A stretch of DNA of 64,000 bases from the human T2T-CHM13v2.0 reference genome, Homo sapiens: NCBI RefSeq assembly GCF_009914755.1, contig NC_060927.1; one strand, 5' to 3'. A model generated the notes under the pieces. It did not search any database. It was not told the DNA's origin and worked only from the letters and a program-made list of their open reading frames with translations. Every line of letters begins with the position of its first letter. The stretch's first letter is position 1. The translations under genes were made by a program, and so were the position numbers. Shown here piece by piece: positions 44,164 through 63,590 of this stretch.

Positions 44164-45431
44164 GAATCAACCTCAGTAATATTCTTATCTTTTGAATAAT
44201 TTTTCTTTGTTGAAGAGTCATTCCTAGAACAAAATACCAAGTTAACTCTCCTCTCCTGTCTAGTTGTGTGCACCACAGGCACTTGGTTTATTTATGGGTT
44301 GACAAAACCACTGCTGTTCCCATGGGCTGTTTCCCATCATAGGGAATGCCTTATGCAAATAGGCTGATACAGTGGATGATGCCAGAATTAGTTGATAGAT
44401 AATTACCACTCACCCATTAGCACTTATTTAATTCAGTCTCTGTGTTCTGCTTTGATGAGTAAGCACTGGGATAGAGAAGTAGGGTACATATCCTGGTTAT
44501 GTTTGCCATGTTGTCATGTTTGCATTTTAAAGGCCTGCATTAATGTGCTTTGTGTGAATTGGTTCTCCGTCACAGGCATTAGTATGCACCCCCTGAGCAC
44601 AGCCTGGGCCAAGAGCTATGGGGTACAGGTGGTGGATCAAGGGTAGCTGTGTATGGAAGTTTGCCCTCTCCCAACAAGATGAATCAGATACTGAAATACC
44701 CACAAGACACTTAATAAGTGTAGTAACTGAAGTTCTGACAAAATGGCATGTCAGTATAGAAAGGGTAAGAGAGATTAATTCTGCTTGGTGTGCTCAAAAC
44801 ACCAAGCTATTCCTTAAAGGATGGGCACCTATTGGTGTGATTGCTGGATGCCCCATAAGGATATAAGTGTTTCAAGGGCAGGACCATGACTCTTGTGTTC
44901 ACCACTGTGTCTCCTTTGCCCGTGGTACTCAGGATTCAAATGGATGGATCGATGGAAGGAAGGAAGTGTGGATGAATGAACAGATGAATGAATAAATTAA
45001 ATGAAGGCAAAATTCTAGATAGGAGGATAGCTTCAATGGTAAAAGAGTGGCATGAAGAAGTTAGGCATACTGGTGAAATTAATACTGGTTTGGCTGACAT
45101 GTAGAACGCTTGAAGGAGAATGGCCAGAGAAAGGGTTGGAGGAAAGACTTAACTCAGATGATAAAAGCTCAAAAATTTTGGCTTTTCTTCCTAAATAGTG
45201 GACACTAAACAGCAGGAAACATTTGGGTAGGTCTTGGCCGTAAGCATGCACAATTCAAAGTTTTGAGACTAGAATTTAAATTGGAAAAAGACTCCTGATA
45301 TAGCCTTGTCTAGCTTCTTTGTGCTGTAGATAAATAACCGAAGATACCTGCCGCAGGCTACAAGTTTAGTTAACTAGCAGCAAGGCCATAGCCATTTCTG
45401 GGCTCTCATTTCTTGGTTGTCTTGTCTTTAG

Positions 45432-45626
45432 ATGTGTGCAACAGCACCGATCTTCCGGAAGTCGAGATCATTAGCCTGCTGGAGGAGCAGCTGCCCCATT
45501 ATAAGTTAAGAGCCGACACCATCTACGGTTATGACCACGACGACTGGCTCCATACACCTCTCATTTCTCCAGATGCCAACATTGACCTCACAACCGAGCA
45601 AATTGAAGAGACGTTAAAATACTTCC
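45432..45626 (+). CDS. TRAK1: TRAK1 coding exon 2 (start of HAP1_N region; DVCNSTDLPEVEIISLLEEQLPHYKLRADTIYGYDHDDWLHTPLISPDANIDLTTEQIEETLKYF)
   Basis: Pyrimidine tract + tttAG|AT acceptor, C|GTAAGT donor, 195 nt phase 1-1, in frame with exon 1; CpG-retaining coding-like sequence. Confidence 0.96.
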
Positions 45627-45821
45627 GTAAGTAGTTGTCCATGTGTGTTGTGATGGCAGTATCATGATCAGGTCTTCTTAGCCATGGCCCCAAATAAGAT
45701 CTTGTACTGGCTACCCTGTGATGTGGCTTGCCACCTCTGGAAAGGTAGTCAAAGAAATGCGGCTGTAGGGGTTAACCGCACAAAAGGTCCCAATTTTAAA
45801 TGTTCTGAATAGAAATTTTAG

Positions 45822-46156
<335 letters not shown>

Positions 46157-47358
46157 CTTTTTTTTTTTTTTGACTGTACAGAAGAATTTGAAAATGTTCC
46201 TATTTCTGTTTCTTACCAAAAATACAAATCCTTTGAAACTCACTGGGAAGGTGTTTGTCTAAATTTAAAACCAAAGATATTGGGAATATCCAGGCTTCTC
46301 ATTTATGTGACATAGCAAAATATGTGTACCAAGGCTGATAACTGTTGTGTGAAAGCTCACTAAGCTGGATGTTTGGAGAGTCCAAATATCACTGCAGCAG
46401 CAAACCAGTCATTCTGATGGGCTGCAGAGCTGATACCTGGTAGGATAAGCAGTAAACTAGGTGAGTGTTTTCAGTGTGGTCATGATGGCCAGGGTGTGAA
46501 ACTTGATATTGCAGACTTGAAAAAAAGGATAATTTAAAAAATGAATACTTTATGATTCTGATATTTATTCAAAATGTGCCTTTTTAGAAGTAATTTCACT
46601 CTTTAAAAACTTATGGCAGCCAACAATTTACATATCTGTGTATCACTGTGTCACTTAAAAAAAAGTATAGCAATCCTCCTACCTGCAGATAACTTGGTTC
46701 AAAACCAGCTTATGTTGCATCTTTAAAGATTTCTTGTAATTATTTTTACTAATACAGGCTGATCTCTCCAATTTTCTTGAATTTGTGAGATTATTTGTAA
46801 TAAACAAATTGGTACTGCAAGTTTCTCCTTTAGGGTGTATCTAGGGATGTTTTCAGTTCTCTTTATTAGATATTAATAAGAAAAAGGTTTTGCTTACATT
46901 GACCCATAAACCCTACAGAGTCTTTGTGAATACTGCAGATAATCAGTTTCAATATGGATAATAACAGAATAATCCACACCAGGGTAGATATGAAGCATGT
47001 TAGAATTGTACTCATATTGAAGTTAAAGCTTTAGAATTTCTAATGTGTCTTGTAGCATATAGGAGGCTCTTAGCAAGTCATTTTGTTGATTCACAACGTC
47101 TGTACCACCAAGGAGATATGTGGTATCATATGGAAAACTGAGTCTACAGTAACCTCCTTGGTAGATTTTGTATTTGCTTTTTTCAGACTGTAGACGTCTG
47201 CAAAAAAATTCACAAGAGAATAGTAGAGTTTGTAACAGAATTATTTTTTGGGAAATCTCTCTGCGTTACTTACCTTTCCTTAGGAGACCCTCTTGTGATT
47301 CTGCAGTACCTATCATGGCCATTTCTCTCACAGGAGGCTCCTGGGTCCCATTCATACA

Positions 47359-47670
47359 CTTTTTTTTTTTTTTTTTTTGGTTGAGACAGGGTTTTGCTCT
47401 GTTGCCCAGGCTGGGGTGCAGTGGTGCACATATGGCTTACTGCAGCTTTGACTTCCTGGTCTCAAGCAACCCTCCCACCTTAGCTTCCTGAGTAGCTAGG
47501 ACTACATGTATGTACCACGTACCACCACGCTCAGCTAATTTTTAATTTTTTTTGGAGAGATGGGGTCTCCCTATGTTGCCCAGGCTGGTGTCAAACTCCA
47601 GGCCTCAAACAATCCTCCTGCTTCAGCCTCCCAAAGTGCTAGGAAATCAGGTGTGAGCCACTGCACTTGG
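47359..47670 (-). mobile_element. AluJ
   Basis: Reverse dimer; TSD ccattca(t/c)actt. Confidence 0.9.
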
Positions 47671-47895
47671 CACCATTCACACTTTGATTAATCACTGACA
47701 TTTACAGTGTAATTGGAAGACCATCCATGGGCAACACCACACAATTTTCAGAGAACATTCACACAAATTGCCTCATTTCATTCCTGTAAAATGCCTACAG
47801 TTGGGTAGGGCTGGTTTTATCATAGGTGAAATGGATGTGTGAAAGGCTCAGTGTTTACTCCATGACACTGAGCCACAGTTTCTAAAATCTGTTTA

Positions 47896-48278
<383 letters not shown>

Positions 48279-48519
48279 TTATACAGTTAAGAAAAAAGGA
48301 GAAATCCTGGTAGTAGATAACACAACTTATGATAAAACTGGAAGAACCAAAATAAACATTGAGCAGAGATTCTGAAAGTTCTTAGAGCCTGCTTGCCTCC
48401 AAGCCTTAACTTAATTCTGTATCTTCTGTGGTTCCTGTAGTTAGAGCAACATAGCTATTTCCTAAATATCTGTTAATTGAACGATCAGGTGTTAACTCTT
48501 AAATACAGGACCCTGTAGA

Positions 48520-49145
48520 GCAGAGCTCTCTCACTAAGGTCCTGCTACCCCTAAAGGGTCTGTAGAGAGAATTTAGGGGTTCCATGCACTTAAAAAGGAG
48601 CAAAAAAATTACTTTTATTTTTATTAACTTCTAACTGAAATGCAGCATTTCCTTTAGTTATGAACATAGACACACATAGGCACAGTGGTATTAGCAGGAC
48701 CTGTGATATTGTCACCAGTAGAAATCACAGATATTTTCATGTCATGCTTCAGTGGAAGCAGTTACTTTGAATAACTGCCTTTGTTCATCACTGCCATGAA
48801 GTTACATTTGTTGTTAAATGTGCTGATAGATCTTTTATTTCATGTCACAGTTGGGTAGAGCTGTTTTGTTATAGGTGAAATGGACGTGTGGAAGGCTGAG
48901 TGTTGTGGAATACACTGGAATTCTGTCTTATTTATTTAGATCTTTTATTTCTTTTATTCTTTAATAAAGAAGCACTTATCAGATATCACAGCCTTTTTTT
49001 GTCGTTGTTAATATCCCAGAGTTTTTCAAGTTTTAGATGGAATTGTTTTCCTTTTCAGTCCTTTGTATTTTACGTCTTCAAAGCTTTCTCCTGAGGAAAG
49101 GGTCTGTGAGCCTTGCCAAACTGGCAGAGCGTCACCAGAAGGCAC
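48520..49145. mobile_element. hAT-Charlie-type DNA transposon remnant containing a templated insertion
   Basis: tttcctttagttatgaacatag...gtggtattagcaggacctgtga...gaaatcacagatattttcat...ttaataaagaagcac. Confidence 0.55.
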
Positions 49146-51226
49146 AGGTTCAGAGTCCTGCTGTGTGCATGGTATCCTTTTTGGGTTTCGTGTGTTTGTT
49201 TACACGTGTGTAACCCTGGAGATGCTGTGACTCACCAGTATGTTGTATCAGTTTTGAGGCGTGTGAGAAGACAAGGTAGCCTGCATCGATTAGGGCAGAG
49301 GTTCTCGGTTGTGGGCGGGCATGGGGATAAGGAGCGCTGGGGTTCTGATACGCTCCCCTACGTGAGAAATCCTAGAGAAGAGGGCCAGCTACACATTGCT
49401 ATGCAGATCAGAGCAGACACAGCCCCTTCCTGCACATCCTCCCCCTGAGTGGAGAAACGCGGCTTTACCTTTTAAATTTGGCCCTCACTTGACTTCCTAA
49501 GAAGAGGCGAGAAAGCTTTGGGCATCCACCTTTGCCAGGTGGTACAATGACCTTTTCAGAGAAGTTTTAGTGCTTCTCCCAGTCAGGTGGACTTGTAACT
49601 CCTGAGTCTGAGAAACACAGAAAATTAAAATGACCCACAAAACAAATATACCCACAACGATGGGACATTTGGGAGAAAGCATAGTCAACGTACGGTACTT
49701 GCAGTGTGCTGGGTAATCCTCAGAGTGGCCTGAATTTAATACTCTTGCATTCTGCACATGAGGATGGCGAGGCTCAGGGAAGTTAGGGAAAAGTCACATA
49801 CCTAGCAAGGTGAGTCAGACCTAGTTTGTCTGGTCTGACTCCATCTCTTACCCAGTATCTCAGATTAGCTACAAAGGGGACAAGAAAACTTCTTGTTTAA
49901 GAATGAAATTCATCTGGTGAAATACAAAAAAAGCAAAAACCCCATCAAAACCTTAGTTTCAAAATCTGTCAGTAGCTTATTTATTTATAAATAAATAAAA
50001 TATATGTCTAACATATTCAAAATTCATTTTTTTTCATGGCTCAGGGCATTGTCCCAAGTGACACTTAGCTTGATACAGCTTAATTTGAAGATGAGGTTTC
50101 TTTTTTCCCTGTGATTTTCACCTCCATCCTGTGGCTTGTAGGTCACACTTCCCTAATCCCTGGTGGAAATGACAGTGTGTGCTATAGACTTTTGTAGTCA
50201 CATAACACGCAGCAGACAGCAGACATGAAAGCTGCTGCATTGGTCTTTAGGTGGCTATGCAACTCTTTTTGGTCCCTTCTTCCAGGGGCTGTTCTATGTA
50301 ACTTTTTGGTTAAGGAGCATTGATTGAGGGAAAAAAAAAAAAATCCATATCTCACCTGCATATGATCTGCAGACCACCCTCCCTGAGTTTACCTGGAGCA
50401 GCTTTTTCCTAAGAAGAGAAGGTTATGAAGCAAATAAGAGTTTCAAAATATTGTTCCATCGTTTGCTTTTACTGTAAAGTAATATTAAGGAATTAGCCAA
50501 CAGTATTTACTGAGTGACTGGTATTTACCTCTGATCCTTTGAGGACTTGTTTGCATTTCAGCTCAGGTTTTCTGACTAAGGAGATAAAAACATCTCCTGG
50601 ACTATTTATTTTTTTCCGTGACCTAACCCAAGGACTTTGCACTGGGTTGGACCAATGCAGGCAGCTCTTGAGGCCTTCGGTGCCATCCTACCCTGAGTTG
50701 CTTACTTTGCTTATGTGGGAGGAGGGAGGGGGGTCTGGGAACCTGCATATTAAACCAGCTCCCCTTGCCATTTTAACTTTTAAAAATTGAACTTAAAAGT
50801 AAACAACAACAACAAAGACCTTTAATCTAGTCCAACCATCATTGTTCACATGGGGCCCCTGAGGTGCGGGGTGCATTGACTTGCTAAGCCTTGCACAGCC
50901 AGGGTATGTGGGGCCAGGAATTGTGTGCAGGTCTCCTCACCACTCTAGAGTTGTGTCCATAAAGTAGAACCTACAGTAATATTATTATACCCCCATTTTC
51001 ACCTTTGCTCATTCACTTGTGTCCACACGGTCACAGACATAGCAAGCGTTTATACGGTTGGTTTTATGGGGCAACGAACCTCATGTTTTTTACTCATGCA
51101 GGGCTCATCCCAGGAGAGTGGGAATTTGCTCAAGATAAGGCATGAGGACCCGGAGTATCTGGCATGGAGTTTAACTGGAATCCCTCTACCTCCACCACTG
51201 TACCTGGAGGCTCCTGTCTCCCCTCA

Positions 51227-52720
<1,494 letters not shown>

Positions 52721-52759
52721 CTCTAAATGTTGGCGTGCCCAGCCTGCTTCTGTCTATAT

Positions 52760-53340
52760 CCTCTCTCCCAAGGCTGTAATACCAGCCACATGTTGGTGAC
52801 TGCCAAATGTATGCCCACCCTGACCTTCCCTTCCTCCCTCAGCCTCATGTACCCACATACTGAGATTATTAACTCATCCATTGCGGAAAGTGGATTGTTC
52901 CCCCTCCACACACATTTGTCTTAATAAATACAACGTGGTTTACCCCATTTCTGTATCCTCCTGGCCATCCACTGGCCCTGTTAATTCTTCCTCCAGATAT
53001 ATCCCAGACCCGTTTTCTGACCTGGCTGCTGCCACCCTTGATGAAGCTACTGCCATCTCATCCCTGGACAGCTGTAACTGCTCTCCCAGCTTCCACTCTT
53101 GCTTCTCTGCTGTACTCTTTGGACCCAGCAGCCTGGCTTGTCTTTTTTTGAAATCCAACTGGGTCATGCCGCTCCTTTGTTTCCCATTGCCCTTTGGATA
53201 AAATGCGGGGTCTTCGGAGATTCTGTGACCTGGCTCTTGGCTCTATCCAGCCAGCCTCGTTCCACCCTCTCCTTACCCTATAGCAGCCCCACCAGTGCTT
53301 CCAGACCCTCGAATACACCAAACTCCCATGACCTTGGATC
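52760..53340 (+). mobile_element. L2 fragment
   Basis: atctcatccctggacagctgtaactg...cccattgcctttggataaaat. Confidence 0.6.
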
Positions 53341-54149
53341 ATGCCGCTCCCTCGCTACCCCTCTTCCTTTTCTTTTTTTGTTTTGTTTTTAAAGTTTTTA
53401 TTATTTCTCGAGACTGGGTCTTGATATGTTGCCTAGGCTGGCCTCGAACTCCTGGGCTCCAGCAGTCCTCCTGCCTCAGCCTTCTGAGTAGGCTGGGACT
53501 ACAGGTGCATACTGCTGTGCCCAGCTTCTTGTCTGTTCTTTGGTTCTCAACAGAAGTGTGCTGTCCATGACAAGCCTTCCTTGACCACCCCATCTGTGGC
53601 ATCCCCCACTTCTGTTGCCTTTTTCCTGCCTTCATAGCTTTCATCAATCTTTATTTGCTTATGTAACGATAACCAATAATTATAATAATGACTCACATCT
53701 ACTGAGTGCTTACCACTTGCCAGCGTTGTGCTAAATGCTTTACCTTTACGAGCACTGCAGGACATAGACACTAGATTTGTTGTAGTGCATAATCCTCTTT
53801 TTGTTTAAACAATTTTTCAAATATATTACAATTGTTTTATCTAAATTGAATTGGCCTTTTAATCCTTGTTTCAAGATATTAAAGTTAGTTTATGCAGATG
53901 TAACACTTTTTTTATAGCAATGTAAATGGACTAAAAATTTTTTTAAAAAGAATACTTTTAATACTATTGATGAAATAATAAACACATTGATATAATTACA
54001 TTAATAAGCAAAACAGGCGTGAACAGACAGGTTGGGAACACACACATGACCATTTTTCCACTGGGAAAATGCTCAATTCACAAGAGCCCAGATGCCTAGG
54101 CACATGAGACAGTGGTCAGCTGGTCGGCAGTATCAGCAGGCTGTGGGCC

Positions 54150-55030
<881 letters not shown>

Positions 55031-55439
55031 GTTTTTGGGGGCCATGGCAAGTGCAGGCTTGTCAGAGGAATTGGAGAAGCAGGGATTAGTTAGGAAAACC
55101 TCTCCACTTCTTGTGTTTCATGCCAGGTAGTGTTTGTAACTTCAGAACCCGCCCTTACCTTACCTACCTACCATGTTATGCTCATTTCACCTACTGTCCC
55201 CTGCTGTATAGGGAGTGCCTTGAGGGCAGAGATCATGTTAGTTTTGTTCCCTCTTCTGTACAGAGGGTGGAGCCCAGTACCTGGCACAGCTGAAGGAGGA
55301 ATGTGCTGCTGCTGTCTCTGTATTTCCAGGTACTCCTTGTTGACCTCTAGCCAAGACAAGGAACCTCCTTATGAGATGTCATCTTCTGAGCTCTCTTGAT
55401 GGAGGGAATACCACGGTGATGATTGAATATGAAAAGTCT

Positions 55440-55581
55440 TGGCACAGTGGCTCACACCTGTAATCCCAACACTTTGGGTGGCCGAGGTGGGAGGATTGCT
55501 TGAAGCCAGGCATTGAGACCATCCTTGGCCACCAAACGAGACCCCATCTCTACAAAAAAAGAAAAACAAAACCAAAAAAAC
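55440..55581 (+). mobile_element. FLAM
   Basis: TSD atgaaaagtct. Confidence 0.85.
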
Positions 55582-56343
55582 ATGAAAAGTCTCATCCAGG
55601 GTATTTCCCACTGGGAGTTTTACTTTCGGCCTGTGTTTGTGTGGAATTGGACTGTGTGTGGGAACATCCCAGCTCTCCTCCTCGTCTGACTAGTCATCCC
55701 TGGCTTTTTGTCTTTGTTTTTAGCTAAGTCCCTTTTTCTTTTTGGTGTGGTTAGATGTGGTCATCTGTCAGTGCTCTGGCTTGGGGTCTTCTCTTGCCTA
55801 CATCTTCTTTGCTTTGGCTGTTGCCTCTCTGCAGGTGATGGCTACGTTTCTCTCTACTGCCTGAATATGTTGCCAGAATGTCATAGAAACTGAACGTGTG
55901 CTTGTCATCCTCACACTAGCTGTTCTTACCACCTGCCCGACTTCCATAGAAACTCGGGGTGGACATGCGCCAGGCCCTCACCAATGACCCTGTCCATTCT
56001 CATAGGTGCCTTCCCCTGTTCTCCTAAATCCATCGATGCTAAGTTTGTACCTCAGTCCTGGTTCTGAAACCTGTTTCTCTATCATCATAAAGAAATCATG
56101 GAACCTCTGTGTACTTTGGTTTACTTTTTTGGTGGGTTTAAGGAAGATTCTGTGACTTCATTGGTGATGACATGGCATTGGGAGATAGGGTCCATTTCTG
56201 ATTTTCAGAGTGAGGAAGCAGGCATGTGTGTTACTGTTTTAGAGAATTGTGGCACCTACCCTGTTCTTCAGCTCTTGGTACCTGGCCTTGTAATGAACAC
56301 GAATGATCTTTAAAAGAAGTTAGATTTTAAAAATAATATTTTT

Positions 56344-56977
<634 letters not shown>

Positions 56978-58603
56978 AAAATAATATTTCTATCACAAAA
57001 GTATGCTGATTTTAGGTGATTTGAAAATAAAAACAAAAAGATGACTAACATAGTAACCACCACTCACTTTTTGTGAGATTTTTTTCTAGATTTTTTTTTC
57101 TGCAACACATTTATTTAAGGACATAATGCATTTTAAATAAATATTGTATGTTGACCATTTCCTTTGGCATTAAATTTCTTGAAAAACACAATTTTCAGCA
57201 TTGCTTAATATTCTGTCATTTATATTTGACCATTCATCTATTATTAGGAATCCAGGCTATTTCTATTTCTTCCCCAAATAACACATGGGTGAATACCCTT
57301 TTACTTCTGGATATCAGGCCAGATAGTACTTACAAGCAATTTGCCTGAAAACACTGAATTTGGTTATTTAAGAAGCCTGAACACATCCTAAAGATTTTTT
57401 TATTCGATACCTGAGGAGGGATGTCTTACCTCTTTCTTAGTTTGTGCAGGTTGTTATTCATTAGTGAATGTTTGGAAAATAACAAACAGGTAATGGTCAG
57501 GAAGGTGATGACTAAAGTTTATGTGAATATGGCATATCATTTCAAGAAAGATGGGTTTTTTCCCTTAAACTCAAAGTTATCAAGAGATCAACTTCTCAAA
57601 CTTTGGACCAAGGGCAGTTTTGTGGGGGAAAGCAGTAACGTATGCTATTTGTGGAGTTTAGCTAGAATTGATAGATGCACCTGATCCCTGTGGAGTAGTT
57701 GATATCTCTGTGTGGGTTGGGTAACGCTGCTTTATAGTGAAGCTTTTCTTCTTCCAAGTGCCTCTGAGAGGAGAGAAAGTGGTTGGAGACCCACCAGTCC
57801 TGCGTTAGAGGGCCATTTCTCCATCATCCACCGACTAAATATGTGACCTTGAGCAAATCACTTATCACTGCATTGGGACTCGGTTTCTTATCTGGAAATT
57901 AATCAGCATTAAATATTTTATGGTTCTCTGAATGTTTCTTTGAGAGATTTTCACTCTCTAGTTAATGGTATCCCATGATGAAGTTTTTTAAAATTGTTTT
58001 TTGTTTTATGACCATTTCTTAATTTTGAGTTTCTCTGTATTGCAAAATAGGCATTAAGAGAATAGGGACCTTTAATTTTTGTTTTATAGAAATTGTAGTG
58101 TGGTTTTCTTTTTCAAATGCAAGTGCTGTTAAATTGCTTTCAGGTGATAATGTAGGAACATCTTATAAGTATTCTCAGAACCCTATAGACATATGCACTT
58201 AACTCTCTAAGCATGTTTTAAATTACACAGGACTTTTCTTGTTAAGATATAGATATGTACAAGGCTTAAATTCTAGTAGATTACAAATCGTCGAAAATAA
58301 TTTTCATCTTCAGAGAGTAAATTAATGGAGCAGAGTCCATGTCTGCTTGAATGGGCCAATATCCTCTTCCCAGGGCATTGTATTGAATAGGTGCCTAATG
58401 AATGCTTCTTAAATAAGCGAAAATGCAAAGACATATTTTTAAATTTAAAAAATAAGCTTTCTCCTTCCTTATCTTTTTCCATAAAAACAAAACAAGATTT
58501 AAAACTCATGTATAGAATAACAAGATCGTTTTATTTGTTGCCACTTTCCAAAGATTGCCTTCATTTTAATTAAAATCCTAAGTGAAACAAAAATAGAGAC
58601 ACT

Positions 58604-58741
58604 GGCCAGATGTGGCGGCTCACACCTATAATCCCAGCACTCCCGGGGGCTGAGGCAGGAGGATTGCCTGAATCCAGGAGTTCGAGACCAGCCTGGGGAA
58701 CATGGTGAGGCTCCATATCTATTAAAAAAAAAAAAAAAAAA
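58604..58741 (+). mobile_element. FLAM
   Basis: Monomer with poly-A; TSD-like agacac. Confidence 0.85.
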
Positions 58742-58871
58742 GTACAGACACCACAAAATGCAGTACACCTATATAAATTAAATGAATAAATAGCACACAG
58801 TGCTGACCTTCTGAAGGGGAGTGTGGTCATAATTTTATTATTTTATGAGGTGGTGACCTAAAAGAAAGCAT

Positions 58872-58874
<3 letters not shown>

Positions 58875-58926
<52 letters not shown>
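58875..58926. repeat. (GT)26 microsatellite
   Basis: Direct reading. Confidence 0.97.
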
Positions 58927-58929
<3 letters not shown>

Positions 58930-60348
58930 GAGGAGGGGTACCTCTTGGAACATCAGAGAGTCTGTTGTCACCTAGACGTGTGCGTGGTGAGGCAGGGTTG
59001 AATGAAGGAAGGAAGGATAAATTATTGGGGTGGAGTAGGGGTTGTGCTGAGTTGGAAAGGGGATCTAATTCCCAGGAACTTTTCATTATCATCTGCTAAC
59101 AAAGCTAATGGCAAGATGTATACATTATAATGTATTTATAAGTAGTTATCAAGAATTTCTCTTGTGTAAATGCCCAAGTACTCTGGCTGTGTCCTTTCTG
59201 TCATCCCTAAGCTCTGGGGCCATTTTGTTTACAGGCAAGGACCTAAGTGAGCCCTGAGAATTGTGCCTTCTCTTCTCTTACTGCTCACGTATGCGGTCTC
59301 TTTCTTGGGCCCATTTTTCACCACTGTTAGTTGACACAGACGTCTGCAGGATCAAAGGTAGAAGCAGAGACACCCTGGAGCACAGTCACTTTCTCTACAT
59401 TAGCCAAATGCAGTCATGATGCCTCCACCCAGGTGTGGGCCTGGGTCTCAGGTGCTGAGTGGAATTGAGGGTGCCCGTCTTGGGGAAGTAATCAAAGGCA
59501 GCCTCATACCAGGGTGCACGACAGCACCAGGAGCCTTTCACAGTGTCTGGTGAGCACTGCAGCCAGGTACTCATACTGGTCAGCAGACCTACCCTCATGG
59601 TCCCTGGGCTTACTTACTTTGTCACCTGTCACCTGCCAGGTTTCATTTTTTGTCATCAAACCCGATTCCAATGTTGAGTATTTATTTTTTTCTTTTTAAG
59701 AAGAAAAATGCCTGGCAAGCAATTCTGTACAGATTTTTCTTTTTCATGTTATTTCAGCATATCTAAGACAAAGCTGGAACGGACTCAGGTGGGAAATTGA
59801 CATGACAGCTCAGCTCACACTCCACCTCCCGTGATGGGCCCAGGCTACTGTGGTTCAGCTGAGTTTTGGCGTGAATGGAATACGGGGCCGTTTGAGCTTC
59901 TGGTTTACTTGTGTTTTGAGGCCTGTGGCACCTGCTACGTGACTTGCTGGACATAGGTGTGAGATTTCCCATACAGCCTCCCAGGCTGGCAGGAGGCAGA
60001 CTCAGAACCATGCAGGCCGTGTACTGATGCTACCACACCCAAGCCCTTTTTCTTCTCTCTGTCCTTCTCAGAGGTAGGGTTGATTTTAATGAGAACTACA
60101 TCGAGGCCAGGATGCACGTTGGCTCCTCAGTGCTCTGCCAAATGCCATCTCCCTGCTTTTGGATATGTTCTCTAAAAGCCAAGCTTTGTTCCCCCACCTT
60201 CCCCTGGAGGTGGGTTGGTGCCTGTGCCTGAAATGAGGAGGAGATGGTTTGGGAGGGGGTAGTTGACAGCAAGCTGTTCATTAGCAGTCTGCCTTCTGCC
60301 GTGGGTGCTCAGTGACTGGCAGCGGCAACATTTTAAAAAATAAAGATC

Positions 60349-60739
<391 letters not shown>

Positions 60740-61483
60740 TCATGTGAGTCCTATGGCCCCCTCAAGGACGGAAGGTTAGGAAGCCTCTTCCGGGTCTTCC
60801 TCTCTTCTGCCATAGGCTTCTTGGCTGGCCCGGCATACAGGTGCCCTGACTAACAGGGAGGAAAGCTCTGGAGTCTGGAAGCAGGTTCCAGAGGGGGGTT
60901 GGGACCTCGGAGGGCTCTGTGTGCTAGCAGTAAGGTGGAGCACTGGGGATGCATAGGAATTGGGAAGTTGTTTTGTTCAGATGGCCACATCGGGGCCTGG
61001 GCATGCCTGTGCTGATCACCTGTGAGGCATGGGGGAAGGTGGGATGCGGCAATATCTGTGAGGTCTGAGACACTCGGGCAAACTCATAACTGCATCATTT
61101 ATATACTTTATTGCTCAATTGTTAGTGTTCATTCATCTTTTTAATATATTATATAAATTGAAATATTCATATACTCACCCAACTAATAAGTACAAACTTA
61201 GAAATTTTATTAAATTCTTTTAAACATTTAAATTTGATTACAAATATGTTTAATTGGATCTGCCTTAACATCACAGACCAAATCTATTAGATTCTCTTAA
61301 ATGCTTACAAAAGAGAACATGTAGTTCTAGTAATGACAGCAAAACTCCTGATACTCACACTTAATATAAGCATCAGTACTGTGGGTTTAATTCATTTCTT
61401 TGTGAATTTCTGAATCTGTTTTATATTTTTCCAGTGATCTAGTAATCTTAATAGATATTAAAGAAAATACGATCTCAGCAGCT

Positions 61484-62250
<767 letters not shown>

Positions 62251-63399
62251 TCTTTTCCTGAAATTACAGATTATTTATCTTTGGCCACTTGTGGTTGTGA
62301 CCTGGTGTCCCATCCAAATGACACACTTCACCTGGAACATGTTTGAAAACATGTACGAGTTTTGTTAGTGTCTTACTGTTATCATTAGCAGCTTTTATTG
62401 AGCTTTTATTTTCTAGGAATTTGGGGCCCCAGTGTGGGCAGTCAGCTCTCCTCTGGAGCCCTCTGGCCAATCCGTCACCTTACAGCCCTGGGGCTGATCC
62501 TGCTCCTACCTGAGTATAGTCTGTGCCCACAGCATCAGACCTTTCTGTTCTTGATACTTGCTTCCTCCTTCCATGTAGGGTTGGCTTATTCAGAGCCATC
62601 CTACTTAGAGACATATTTGTACACTGTTTTATAAAAGGTATTAGTGGCAGAAACAGCAGTCATACACATCCACCTCTGCTGCTTCCTAAAATGGATTAAA
62701 AATAACTTCCTAATATATTCTCCCTTCCTTTATATATCAGTTGCCCTGTTCACTTGGTTGCCCTTTTCATTTTGATAGTCATTGAAGATTCATGGCCTTT
62801 ACAGACTCACCTTGTCTCTTCTAACCGTTATTAACTCTGTACTCTTTTGGATATTCAAATTGTCACAACACAGTGCATGGTACGTGCATGGTAGTCCTTT
62901 TAAGATGGCTTTTATATACCTTATCACTTCTACCTCAGACCTTTTGAAGTGGTCTTTGCTTTCTTGAAACCTGGTGTTGCAGGTCCCTCTTGATTTTTCC
63001 CTGCCCGAAGACTTGGAATCAGCCACTCTACAAGGAGCCCTGTTAAGGTCTAACCTAAATCTGGGCACCAGAATGTTGACTTGCTGCTGATGGATTGGAG
63101 GGCTGTCCTTGTTGAGCCACTTGTGTGACAGAGCTGGAAAGAGTTGTTTTGTTTGTTTGTTTTTAATATCATGAAGTTACATAGATATTTTCAGTTTAAC
63201 TCTCACTTTCCTGATCATTTATTTTGTTCTTTAAAAAAAAAAAACTTCTCAATTTGTTTTCTCTGTGAGGTGCTAACTTGAATCTTTATCTTCTTTAATT
63301 GTACCTCTTCTTTTTTTTTTTTTTCTTTCAAATTCCATTAGCAAATAATCCTTGGATGCTTTTTCATTCACTTATTGAGAAGTGGAAAAGGCTTAGGAC

Positions 63400-63590
63400 G
63401 GGGATCATTCCTGGTTTATATCCAGATGCTTTTGGTATTCTCTGTGCAATCCTGGGCAAGTGACTTAAGCCACTAAGACCCCTTTCCTTGTCTCCACAAT
63501 GAGGGAGCCATTAGGTCGCAGGGGTCTGAGGAGTAAGTGAGATATAAAGTATTAAATGCCAGGTATACAGTCAGCACTTTCTAAATGGGG
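63400..63590. mobile_element. MIR
   Basis: cctgggcaagtgacttaag...tttccttgtctccacaatgagg. Confidence 0.65.

Noticed and set aside
59100-60340. Repeat-free stretch with pyrimidine-tract AG sites (e.g. 59700)
   Set aside because: No convincing acceptor/donor pair or TRAK1-like reading frame found.
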